From contig MCFH01000005.1 in assembly GCA_002104945.1 (NCBI GenBank), positions 992,001 to 1,056,000 on the forward strand: 64,000 nucleotides of DNA. Reading direction: 5' to 3'. Below, in pieces: positions 53,334 through 64,000 of this stretch; the stretch's first letter is position 1, and the number at the start of each line of letters is the position of its first letter. The position numbers and the translations under genes were made by a program. The stretch is from Piromyces finnis finn. Taxonomy: Eukaryota; Fungi; Neocallimastigomycota. Under the pieces are notes generated by a model, which worked only from the letters and a program-made list of their open reading frames with translations, did no database searches and was not told the origin of the DNA.

Positions 53334-56050
53334 GATTACTATTGTTACTATTACTATTGTTACTATTACTATTAATATGATTGCTGTCTCTACTGTTATT
53401 AACATTTTCAATATTATTGATAGGACTATTGGAATTACGTTGACTGAAAAAATTTAATAGCTGGACTATGGAATCAATGTTTAATACGGATATCTCTAAG
53501 TGTTGGACAATCTAATAACCAATACTTAATACTTTGAACACCACAGTTGCATCATGGACAGTAGTTAGGACAAATTGGATCAACAAATTTAGCAGCTTTG
53601 GCAACTCTAGCATCCAAGTTGTATCCACTTCTTGCTTTTAATAGCCAGTAGAAGACATAGGCAAACTCTGGGTTACTCATAACATAATTTGATAAAATCC
53701 TTAGTTTCAATAAATTTATTATCATCATAATATTGTGCTTTGATTGAATTTCCTTTGAGATCTTTCCAATAAAAGTTTTTAACTGCTTTAACATCTCCAT
53801 GCTTCTTTAATTTTTTATCAAGTGTCCTACTTGATTTGCACCATGTATATTTTCTAAATTTAGGAATGTAATTGACAAGGTGTGAGATAATACAATTTGA
53901 GTTTTTCCATTTGTTAAAACATCTAACCTGAGCTAATACACATTTGGCTGACAATGGAGGAATATTCAAATCTTTTGAGATAGTATAGAGATATAAACTA
54001 TACAGTTTTATGAACTCCGGCAACTCATCGTATTCCTTTGTTAACATTCTTCTGAGCAATCCTAGACCTAGCTTTGTTGGATCCAAGTAATGATGCAAAG
54101 TATGAAACTCTGCTAATCACTTGTGAGTTAAGTACTAGCTTTTTGAAAGGAATAGGAATATTAGGATTTTTTAAGAATTTACTAAGTTTTGAAAAGAGTC
54201 CTTTCAAAACTTTGTTATTAAGAGTTTTAATAACTGGTTTAAGGGACAGATTCTTATCAAATGGAACACCAAGATAAGTAGTTGGAATAGGTTTTCCTGC
54301 TAAGTAAAATGTTGAATCTTTCTTGTTCTGATTTACTATTGATTCAGGACGAATCACCATCGTTGAGCATTTTTGGATACCAAATTCCATTTCATTATAC
54401 AAAGCCCATTCATTAACTCTTTTTAGCAACTTTTTTACGCATCTTCTTGATGGAGCATAAATAACTATATCATCAGCAAAAAGTTCACCATAGCATCGAG
54501 TGTCACCTAAACTGACTCCAAGATCTTCACACTCTTTAAATATATCATTAATAAAGAGATTAAAGAGAATAGGGGAAAGTGGGCAACCTTGACGGACTCC
54601 TTTCTTCACATCAAAAGATTTTGAGAATTGACCATCTAATTTGACATTAGCCTTAGATGTTAAATATAAATTTTTGATAAATTGTAAACCTTTACCTCGG
54701 ATTCCTAAGCAATCTAATTTATGGAGAATATTACCGATTGGGACTGAATCGTATGCTTTCCTGAGATCTAAAAAGGCCAAATATGTCTCTTTATTATCTA
54801 ATTGACGTCTACGGCATATTTCTTGGATTGAAATGAAAAGACTGATACTTTCTTCCTTTTTTCGAAAACCAAATTGTTCAGGTCTAATGAAATTATTCTT
54901 TAGACCATATTCTTAAATTCTAGTAGTGACAATTTTTGAAATCAACTTAATACCATTATTGATAAGTGAAATACCTCGGTAGTTATCACAATTTGTCAAA
55001 TCTTCCTTCGAATAGAAACAATACTAGACTCATTCCATGAGCTGGGAAAGTCTCCATCCCAAATACGGTTGAATAATTTAAGAATAAAATTTAAACCATG
55101 AGCATCATTATCTGAAGTGGTATTACCAGAAGAATTATTATCTGTAGCATTATTAGAATCATTACTATATCACTTGATATATCAAGTGATATCCAACTAT
55201 ACTTATCGGATACGATGATTTAGTATATATATCTCGAGCGGCGAATATGAATATGTTCAACAGGATATCCATCCTTTGACAAATTAGATCGGATTGTTGA
55301 TGAGATAAATTGATTGCTGAATTGATTGTTGAATAGAATGTTGATGTTTATTAGAAACTAAAATTTTATGTTTGAATGTGGAAAAAGTGTATTTGTGATT
55401 CCTTCTACTACGAGCTGAAAAGGAAATTGAGGTAATTGAAAGTTTCTTCTTTAACAAGTGTAAGATTTTAATACAATCTTTCGTTGAACCATGAACCTTG
55501 ACTAAAAAAAAGTGATTATTGAAAGTCTGAAAATATTTAACACTAATAACTGAATTAAATTTATCTTCCAGAATAACCTCGAGTTTTTTCCATAGCATAT
55601 TAACTGACCATGATCGAATACCACGGATAAAGAAGGTGCTAATATCATCTAAGCGGATACCATAAGACCGGGTACCACGTCTGATATAATTCTTATCTTT
55701 TATATAAAGGACTGGAATGATAATTAATTCTAATTAAAAAATATTGAATATAAAATAAATACTAATAAAAATTATAAATATAACGTATATGGTAAATAAA
55801 ATCTGTCTCTCTCTTCTTAAAAGTACTGGATAGTACAAAAATTGTTACGATGCTTTGATTAAAGTTTCTTTTTTTTTGAATTCTAGTTGTAAATTTTCTT
55901 TAGAAATTCTAGTTTTGGTTTGTTGTTAGTAAATTCGATTCGCTTTTTGACACTAAAATTATTTGACTTTACTTTTCATTAAATATTTAAATTGGTAAAA
56001 AAATTTGAGTCAAGAATGTCGACGCCAGAAAGCTTGTGAATAGTATTTTT
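52586..56050 (-). mobile_element. Decayed non-LTR retrotransposon (LINE): ORF1 remnant, RT, CCHC knuckle, C-terminal domain, 3'UTR and poly(A); endonuclease region deleted; 5' limit uncertain
   Basis: RT motifs NYRGISL, QFGFR, AFLDLRKAYDSV, GVRQGCPLSPILFNLFIND and LFADD; CPNYCP*CNCG..SIKYWLLDCP knuckle; T-tract at 52586-52599 is the poly(A). Several frameshifts and stops. Confidence 0.92.
52846..55165 (-). pseudogene. LINE ORF2 (reverse transcriptase) pseudogene
   Basis: ORF-track pieces 54025-54780, 53673-54098, 53552-53800 and 52846-53175 are consecutive fragments of one frameshifted ORF2. An AAT-derived Asn-rich linker lies at about 53220-53420. Confidence 0.9.
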
Positions 56051-56499
56051 ACATGATGTAGAGTAAATCAGTCTCTTACAAGAAACAATACAACAATAGC
56101 TACATGAATATAAAAATAAAATGCAAATGCTAAAGTTGACTACATTGGATTCTTACAAGAGAAGAGTAGTACTACATGAATACATGAATAAAAGAAAAAA
56201 TACAGCAACAAAATGTATTACTCTTCTAATTAAATACTATACAAACTTACCTGAATACCAAACATTCAACTTATCTATCAAATACTTTTTTTTTTTTTTT
56301 TTTTTTTTTTAGACTAGGAAGAGAATACACATCTTTTATTTATTTACTTATTTAATTAGTGATATTACATAATATTAGGTGATAATACATATTGATATTG
56401 ATATAATAAATAATAAATAAAAATAATAAAATATATATAAATATAAATATAAATATAAAAAAATATAAAATAATTATTTAAGTTGCATAAAAGTTCAAT

Positions 56500-57150
56500 G
56501 AACGCTGCAATTTGTATTGTGTGGGATTGGTCCCTACCTAATAAATTAAATGAAATAAAAAAAAAAAAGTAACATCAGGTATGATAGTGTGGTGTCCACT
56601 AAACTCTCCCATGAGTTCATAATGTTTTCATTCGAATTTGAGGAAATACTAACATTGAACCCTGTGTACGGAACATTGGAAATGTTCCTTTGCCATATCG
56701 GTACGACGTCGGCGCTCTTGATTACGCTAGGTGTCTTACTAAACCTATCAAAAAGTAGCTTCATAGAGCTACTAATGATAGGGATTGTTTTAGTAAGAAA
56801 AGCCGCGAGACCCTCTACATATGGAACATGAGACCCCGATGAACTGTAAAGCTGTTCATTCAAATGTCTTTGTTCCGCCTTATCGAATTGTAGCTCATCA
56901 TAAGCTAAAGTTCCACCAAGAAGGAACGTAAAAATATAATTATAAATTGTTTTTCTTACTTCCGTTTCGGGGAGTAAGTATGTTCCATCAAATACTTCGA
57001 GATCTTCACAGTCTTTAAAAAAAATACTAATAAAGAGAATAAAAAAAAATTGGAGAAAGTGGCTAACCTTAATAAACACCTTTTTAATATCAAAAGACTT
57101 TGAGAATAAATTTTTGACCTATCGTAAACATTTACCACTAATAATGCTTA
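56500..57150 (-). mobile_element. 3' fragment of a second, divergent LINE family
   Basis: ORF 56546-57079 has IYNYIFTFLLGG and VPYVEGLAAFLTKTIP....LFDRF, matching VYNKIFKFLLGG and IPFLTVTAELLTKIMP....MFKRF of the neighbouring LINE at protein level only. GC is elevated over the flanks. Confidence 0.65.
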
Positions 57151-57846
57151 CACCGTCTAATGACTATTATTTTAAGAATACAACAGAATTTGCTAATCTT
57201 TTTATTTTTTTTTAATTATAATTGCAATGATTGTTTGATATTTTACTTTATTTTCTTTTTTTTTTTTTTTTTTTTTTTTGTTATTTTTAAAAAAAAATAA
57301 TATTAATTACTATTAAATATTATTAATTTTTTAATAACTATCTACATTAATGTCTTTTTATAAAAAAAAATATATGAAAATAACTAATATATATAAAAAA
57401 AATATTTATTTATATAATAATATAAAAAATAATATGAATGAAAAAAAAAATCATTTCTATTTTTGTTAATTATAAAATATTAAATTAAAATTTTTATTGC
57501 TTTTCGATTGTTCGCTATTATATTAATAATAATAAAAATTTAATGAATTAAAATTATGGCTTTTGAATAAATAAATTCTTTTTGATCTATAATTAATACA
57601 GTTATTTAAAAATATATAATAAATCTATTACTGATAAATATTTTTTTCTATAATATTTTTTGTATATATAATATTGACTTCTCTATTATTTTTATTAATA
57701 TTATTAATATCTTAAACAATATAAAATATTAATTATATTGATAAAAATAATAAATTAAAAATAATAAAAAAATATATACTCAGATAAATTATATATTTTT
57801 GTCCTTTATAATTAATAACTTTATATTTTCTATGATTTTAATTACT

Positions 57847-60373
57847 TCATTCACCGTCATTAGATTCATCCCCCGAATCACTTGATTCACCAGCACTTGA
57901 ATATTCACTTAAATTTTGAATTTCTTGATTAACTGGCTTTTGAACTGTCTTTACTGGTTTTGACACCTTTTTTACATATCGGTATAATTTCCTCAAAGTA
58001 ACAGGATCAATTGTTTCAATATCAAGTTCTATTTCTTCTTGTCCATCTTTAAGATCTGGTATTCCTGATCTAATAATATCTATTACACCATTTAGATTAT
58101 CTTCATCTAAACGACTTATCATTTCACTTAATTCTTTCTTTTGAGCATACGTGATACTTTGGACCTTTGGTTTTTTAATAGGAGCTTCAACTTTTTGTCT
58201 CTTTGCCTTTGGTGGTGGATTAATATTTGGAGTAGAAACTGCTGAGGAAGCCAAAGAACCAGATTGACTTGGAATAGGTTCCCCATTATAAATTTTACCA
58301 CTCTTCCATTTTACACCACATTTATTACAAAGTGAACCTTTACCACTTGGTCCACGTCTCCACATTGGAGTTTCGGAACCACCACAATATTCACAAACTT
58401 TTCCTTGACTATTTGCTGGAGAACGTTTAGCAGGTGAACTAGTTTCACTCTTTGTTTTCGAACGTTTTCTTGTACCAGTTGTTTGTAATGCTGAATTAGT
58501 AATTGCGGTTTTTCTGATATTATTTTGCTTCTTTCTACCACGTGAAGCCGGAGTTGGACTTGGTAACACATTTGAAGTTGAGCTTATTCTTCTATGCGCA
58601 GCAGCAATGGCTTTATTACTTATTGGTGTTTCTTTTTCAGAATTTGAATAATATTCAGAAAATGTTGATATTGAACGTCTTGACTTCTTTCTTGCATGTC
58701 TAGACATGCTAGATTGTGCTTGTAATAATTCTAACTGTTGTTGAACTTGTTGTAAACATGCTGTTAAAGCTGTAATTTGTTGCTCAACTAATTCATCTTC
58801 CGAATCAGAAGAAGATTCTGATAATTCTTCATCATCACCAATATCTTCCTCATCCATTTCACGATAGGATCTCTTTTTTATTCTTTTCTTTAATGTGGCC
58901 TTTGACGCAACTTTTATTGCCTTTTTAGCTGCCTTTTTCACCTTTGCTGTTGTTGCTTTACTTGCTTTTAATAATTTAATATCATTATCCTCTTCATAAG
59001 TATCCATGTCCAATTTTTCTTCTTCTTCTTGTTTTGAAATATAATTTTTCATTTCATTTTGTTCCATTAAACTTCGTTTTTGTTGTTGCTTTATTCTTTT
59101 CATTAAAAGCTCATCTTCCGGTTCAAAATGTTGTGGTGGTCTTACTTGGCGCCTTGGTCTCCTTTCAGAATTCTCCATTGTTGACAAATCAATATTGAAT
59201 TTATGTAATAATATTTCAGTAAAATGATCTGGGTATTTTTTTAATTGTTCAATAAAAAAATCTTTCATCTCTTGTCCCATTTTATGTACAGGATTATTAG
59301 GTGGATTATATGTCATACAATTTTTAAAAACTAAATCAACATCATCAACAAATTCATTCATAGTAGGGTATTCTCCTTTTTTAAGCTTCTTTAAAATGGT
59401 TGAAAAATCCATTGGTGTTTTAATTACATTGAAATAATCGGGTATATTTAAAGCTACTGGATCTACCGGTTTTAAAAATGGTATAGCATTTGGTTGACGT
59501 TCCATAGTTTTTATTATCATTGAGCATACACTAGATTCTTTTCTTGGCATATGTCTTTTTTTCTGTTCACTATCAATTGGCGACATATCATTACTTTGCG
59601 ATATTTCCTTGTCACTATAATTATTTGTATCGTTGATATTTGTATTTGATATATCAGATTGATTTGATATTTCATTATTTGAAATTTTGGAATCATCGAT
59701 CATTTGATTCTCATTTTTATTATCTATATTTTCTACTTTTTCTGATTCACCATCTATGCTATTATTTTCCTCTTTTTTAAATACAGTGTTCACTTCTACT
59801 TTAACACTATCTGAATCATTTACTTCCTCGTTTTTTATGACATTTACTTTTGAATTATCGTTATTTTCCTCTGCTGTTTCGCTTAGTTCTTCTTTATTAT
59901 TATTTTCTATAATTTTTTTATCATCCTCTTCATCAGACGTTAACCCTATTGAATCTTTATCATTATTTTTTATATTTGTCGCTTCTTTATCTTCATTTGT
60001 TATTTTATTATTATTATTATTAATATTATCTTTTGATATATTTAAATCATCTTTATTGTCTGTTTTTTCATCATTATTACTTATATCTTCATCTATATCC
60101 ATTTTATCTATATCTTTAACCTCCTTATTATCTATTTCTTCATCTTTATTTTCTTCTACACTCACTTTATTCTCTATATTATTATCTTATTTTTATAATT
60201 TATAATAATTAAAAAAATATTATTAATTATTTCAACAATAAATTTATCTATTTTTTTAATAAAAACATCAACAAAAAATTACCAGTTTTAGCATTGTCAT
60301 TTTCATTTTCTATAATCTTTTCCTTTTCCATGCTTGCATCATTTATTATATCTTTAGAATTTTCAACTACCAT
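57847..60373 (-). CDS. BET-like chromatin reader: one bromodomain, a GATA zinc finger and an ET domain; exons 60373-60283 and 60173-57847
   Basis: Bromodomain [27 protein letters not shown]...CMTYNP; GATA CEYC-x18-CNKC with TPMWRRGP; ET domain [14 protein letters not shown]....L.GVIDII......[17 protein letters not shown]. An upstream ATG exon splices in frame. Confidence 0.9.
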
Positions 60374-61331
60374 TTTTTTTCTTTAATAATTATAAATGTT
60401 TGTATTATCTATTATAAAATTAAACATTTAATTTAGTTTCTTTAAAAATTAAAATATTTAGCATAACCCTTTAATATTTTACAAAAATTAATAAGGTACT
60501 AATTTATTATAGTAATAATAATAATACTTACAACAAAAAAAATTATTTGCTTTACAATTTATTATTGCGTTTTGACAATGGTTCTTTTTATATAATTTAA
60601 TAAAATAAACAATAACAGTTCACTTTGTAACTTATGTTAAAAAAAAATTGTTTTGAAAATACTGAATTTTATAGCTGGTATATTTATCACACTTTATTTA
60701 AGTTTTATTATTATTACTGTTATAGATACATGCATTTATTATATATAATAGTATGAAATAAATATATATAATTAATATTCAAATTGTTTTTCATTATTTT
60801 TTTTTAATTAAATCATTTATTTTTAAAAAATAATTTTTTCTATTAATATTTTTTATCTAAAATTTTTTATTTATATAATTAATATATTGGGTTTATAATA
60901 TTATATGATATTTATAAATATTGGAATAAATAAAAAAAAATATTTATTATTCAATCAATTAAAATTTTCTAATTAAAAATAATATATTATTAATATATTG
61001 TATATTATGTAAATTTTACATTAATTTTCAGATTTTATGGTATTAAATTTTATAAAACATGGCAAAAATTGCTATAAAAATATTATTAATATAAAAAAAT
61101 TTTTTTAAAGAAAAATTTTTTTTTTAGAAAATTGAAAATTTCTTAATTTTTGTTTTTTTAAATTATCTTATTGGTTGAGTGGTAAATATTATTGTCTATA
61201 ATTTGGTAATATGATTGGTTTTTATATCAGCCACAATATTTATATATTTGTTTTAGAGTACTAACAACTATTCATAAGATTCCATGTCATTAATTGTAAA
61301 ATAATAATAATAATAATTAATAATAATACTA

Positions 61332-61567
<236 letters not shown>

Positions 61568-62190
61568 AATATTTCTTATTATAAAGTTTATAAAGTAAAT
61601 AAATAATATAAATAAATATTTTATATTAATAATTTTATATTAATAATATATAGTTATTTTCAATAGAATGAATTAAATAAAAAGATGAATATAAAATATT
61701 AATTAAGTAAATAAACATTTATTTATAGTGACACTAATTTAAAATTTTGGTTATTTTTAAATGCAATTGAATTAATTTCATTAATTATAGAAAGCTTTAA
61801 TAAATATGTGTTAATTTCTGTGAATGCATTTATGGTTAAAATCAGCAGATATTTTTAGTTATTATAAAAACTAATAATTCATTAATTAATAATAATTAAT
61901 TGAAAAAAAAAATAAATAAACTAAATTCATGTGTAATGATCAAAATACTAATATTGATTATTTTTTATATTTCTGTATTATATTAACATAAACATAAATT
62001 CAATAATTAAAATGAATTTTGAATTTTTTTATATTATTTCTTATTGTATACTATTAAAATAAAAGAATAATAGATTAAAAAGAAACAAATAAACTTTTTA
62101 ACTAATTCTAGTTCTAGTCGTTGATTTTATATTTTTATATATTTTATCATTATAAATCATATTCAACAAAATAAATGAAATTAAATTACA

Positions 62191-62274
62191 ATTAACTTTT
62201 TTAAAAAAGTTTATGGAAAATATTCTTTTTTATTATTTAATATTTTCCATAAACTTTTGAAAAAAAAAGTTAAT
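62191..62274. repeat. Near-perfect inverted repeat (about 34-bp arms, 14-nt spacer)
   Basis: attaacttttttaaaaaagtttatggaaaatatt versus aatattttccataaacttttgaaaaaaaaagttaat. Confidence 0.85.
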
Positions 62275-62918
62275 AACTTATAACTTACTTAAAAAAATAT
62301 TGAATTCGGAATTTAAAATTAAAACATTTTTAAAATTAAATACTTTCATAATTATTGATATTGATATAAACATAAAGTAGAAGTATTACAATAAAGTTCA
62401 AATTATTCACACAATTTACTTTTTTTTTGTTAATTTTAAAAAACTAAATAACTTTTTACTGTAATTTGATTCATGTACTTATTTATTTGTTAAAATATTT
62501 TTTACATGAAAATATATATATTTATATAACATTAAGTATCCTATTTTCCTTGTATTATAGTCGAAAATATATATGTAATTTTTAGCTTCAAATAATAAAA
62601 AAAAAATAAAAATTAAAAACTTTAATAACCTTATTATACTTTATACCATTTCTCCAAAATTTTTCATATTTTAAACTTTTAACTAAAAATTTCGGTTCAT
62701 TATTTTCATTATTTTAAATAAAATGATATATGAATAAAGTTTTGAAGTATATCAATCTAAAAAATAGGTAGATTATTATTTTATCAAAATAAATATTAAC
62801 TAAAAAATTTTTTTCTTTTTTATTTTATTTACTATTCAGCATTCGATTAATAAAAAATATTACATTTAAATTAATTATTTACACAATATAGCAATTATAT
62901 AATACAAATAAAATCAAA

Positions 62919-63286
62919 ATGAATGTTAATGTAGTTGATATACTTAAAATTATTTTATGTATTGTTTTACCACCTCTTGCTGTTTTTCTTGATAGGTAAT
63001 AAATTTAATCATCATATATTACCATATTTTAATAAATGTTTATATTGTCAAAATATTAAACTATTTAATAAATTATATAAAATAAAGAGGATGTGATTGT
63101 TCTTTCCTTTTAAATATTATCCTAACAATTTTAGGTTGGCTTCCGGGTTGTATTCATGCATGTAAGTTAAAAAATTCTATCACATATACTATCTAATGAA
63201 TAAATACATTTTTCATTTTTCTTACTAATTATTTTTTAAAATATATATATAATAAAATATATTTAGTAATTGTTATATGCAAATAA
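62919..63286 (+). CDS. PMP3: Plasma-membrane proteolipid Pmp3/UPF0057; exons 62919-62995, 63088-63161, 63267-63286
   Basis: Spliced product MNVNVVDILKIILCIVLPPLAVFLDRGCDCSFLLNIILTILGWLPGCIHALIVICK*, with the LPPLAV and LNI.LT.LGW.PG.IHA signatures. Missed by the ORF track because it is short and spliced. Confidence 0.92.
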
Positions 63287-64000
63287 TTTCTCACTAATTA
63301 ACAATATAAAAATCAATATTAATATATAAAGCAATATTTTATTTTTATTACTTTTCCTATTTTCAGTTTTTACATAATATTTAAAAAAATATAAAAAATA
63401 TAAAAATATATACAAAAAAAAATAACAAAAATGTAACTTTTCATTAATATTTATGTAATAGACATTAACAAATTACTCAATTTTTTTTAAAAATTATTAG
63501 CTCCATTACTCATATAATTGATAATACGTTTTCATAATTTATTATAACAGCATCTTTAGGAATCTTTACACACTGCAATATTAATTTATTTTTAACTATT
63601 ATTAAATCATATTATTATATGTAATGTTTAGTTAAAATTCATCATGTTTAATATCATTTTATTCATTACAAAAATAATGGTAATGAATTTCGTAATAAAG
63701 ATTTAAATATAAAACAAATAATAAATAATATTTTTAATGAGTTATTATTACTTAAAGTTTATTTTAATTATAATTTTGTATGAATTGTTAATTGTAATAT
63801 ATAAGAAGTATTTTGAATTTTTATAAGCATTTTATTTAGTTATTAATAGAGGTATTCTTGTTTTAGTTAAATAGTTACGAAAGAATTACTATTTAGAAAA
63901 TAAAGTTATTTAATAAAATATATATTATTTAAAATTAAATTCTTTCTACATAAAATTAACCTGTATAAAAACATTGATCATATGCTTTCCTATATTTTTT

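Noticed and set aside
52846-53500. Possible C-terminal restriction-like endonuclease explaining the missing APE domain
   Set aside because: No PD-(D/E)xK motif after the CCHC knuckle; a deletion is the simpler explanation.
59756-60205. 149-aa Ser/Leu-rich plus-strand ORF
   Set aside because: Antisense shadow of the acidic N-terminus of the bromodomain gene. The same applies to 422-713, 45023-45429, 58311-58571 and similar short overlaps.
63500-64000. Possible terminal exons of a minus-strand gene entering from the right edge
   Set aside because: Candidate exons (for example KAYDQCFYT) could not be joined into a convincing open frame.

Overview
Eukaryotic genomic DNA, extremely AT-rich, with short GT-AG introns, long poly(A/T) tracts and AAT microsatellites. 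This composition and gene set fit an anaerobic gut fungus (Neocallimastigomycota; inference). I reconstructed 13 protein-coding genes by hand: an ankyrin-repeat protein (cut by the window start), an LRRC74-like LRR protein, an FMN alpha-hydroxy-acid oxidase, Churchill, KHDC4, RER1, RMT2, a secreted zincin-like protein, a C2H2 transcription factor, a HAL/NPR-family kinase, a soluble-adenylyl-cyclase-like STAND protein, a bromodomain-GATA-ET protein and PMP3. There are four decayed LINE pieces, all on the minus strand, three of them clustered at 52.1-57.2 kb. The most unusual signals are pre-miRNA-like hairpins in intergenic DNA: a tandem pair at 1668-1905 with identical arms, unrelated loops and different but still-pairing inner stems, and a G·U-rich hairpin at 15770-15860. 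One arm can pair with an ankyrin motif in the neighbouring gene. Also notable are an apparent pseudo-cyclase/pseudo-ATPase, a BET-like protein with an inserted GATA finger, and an oxidase ending in a PTS1-like tripeptide in a probable anaerobe. Exon boundaries and structures were derived by eye; no database searches or folding programs were run.
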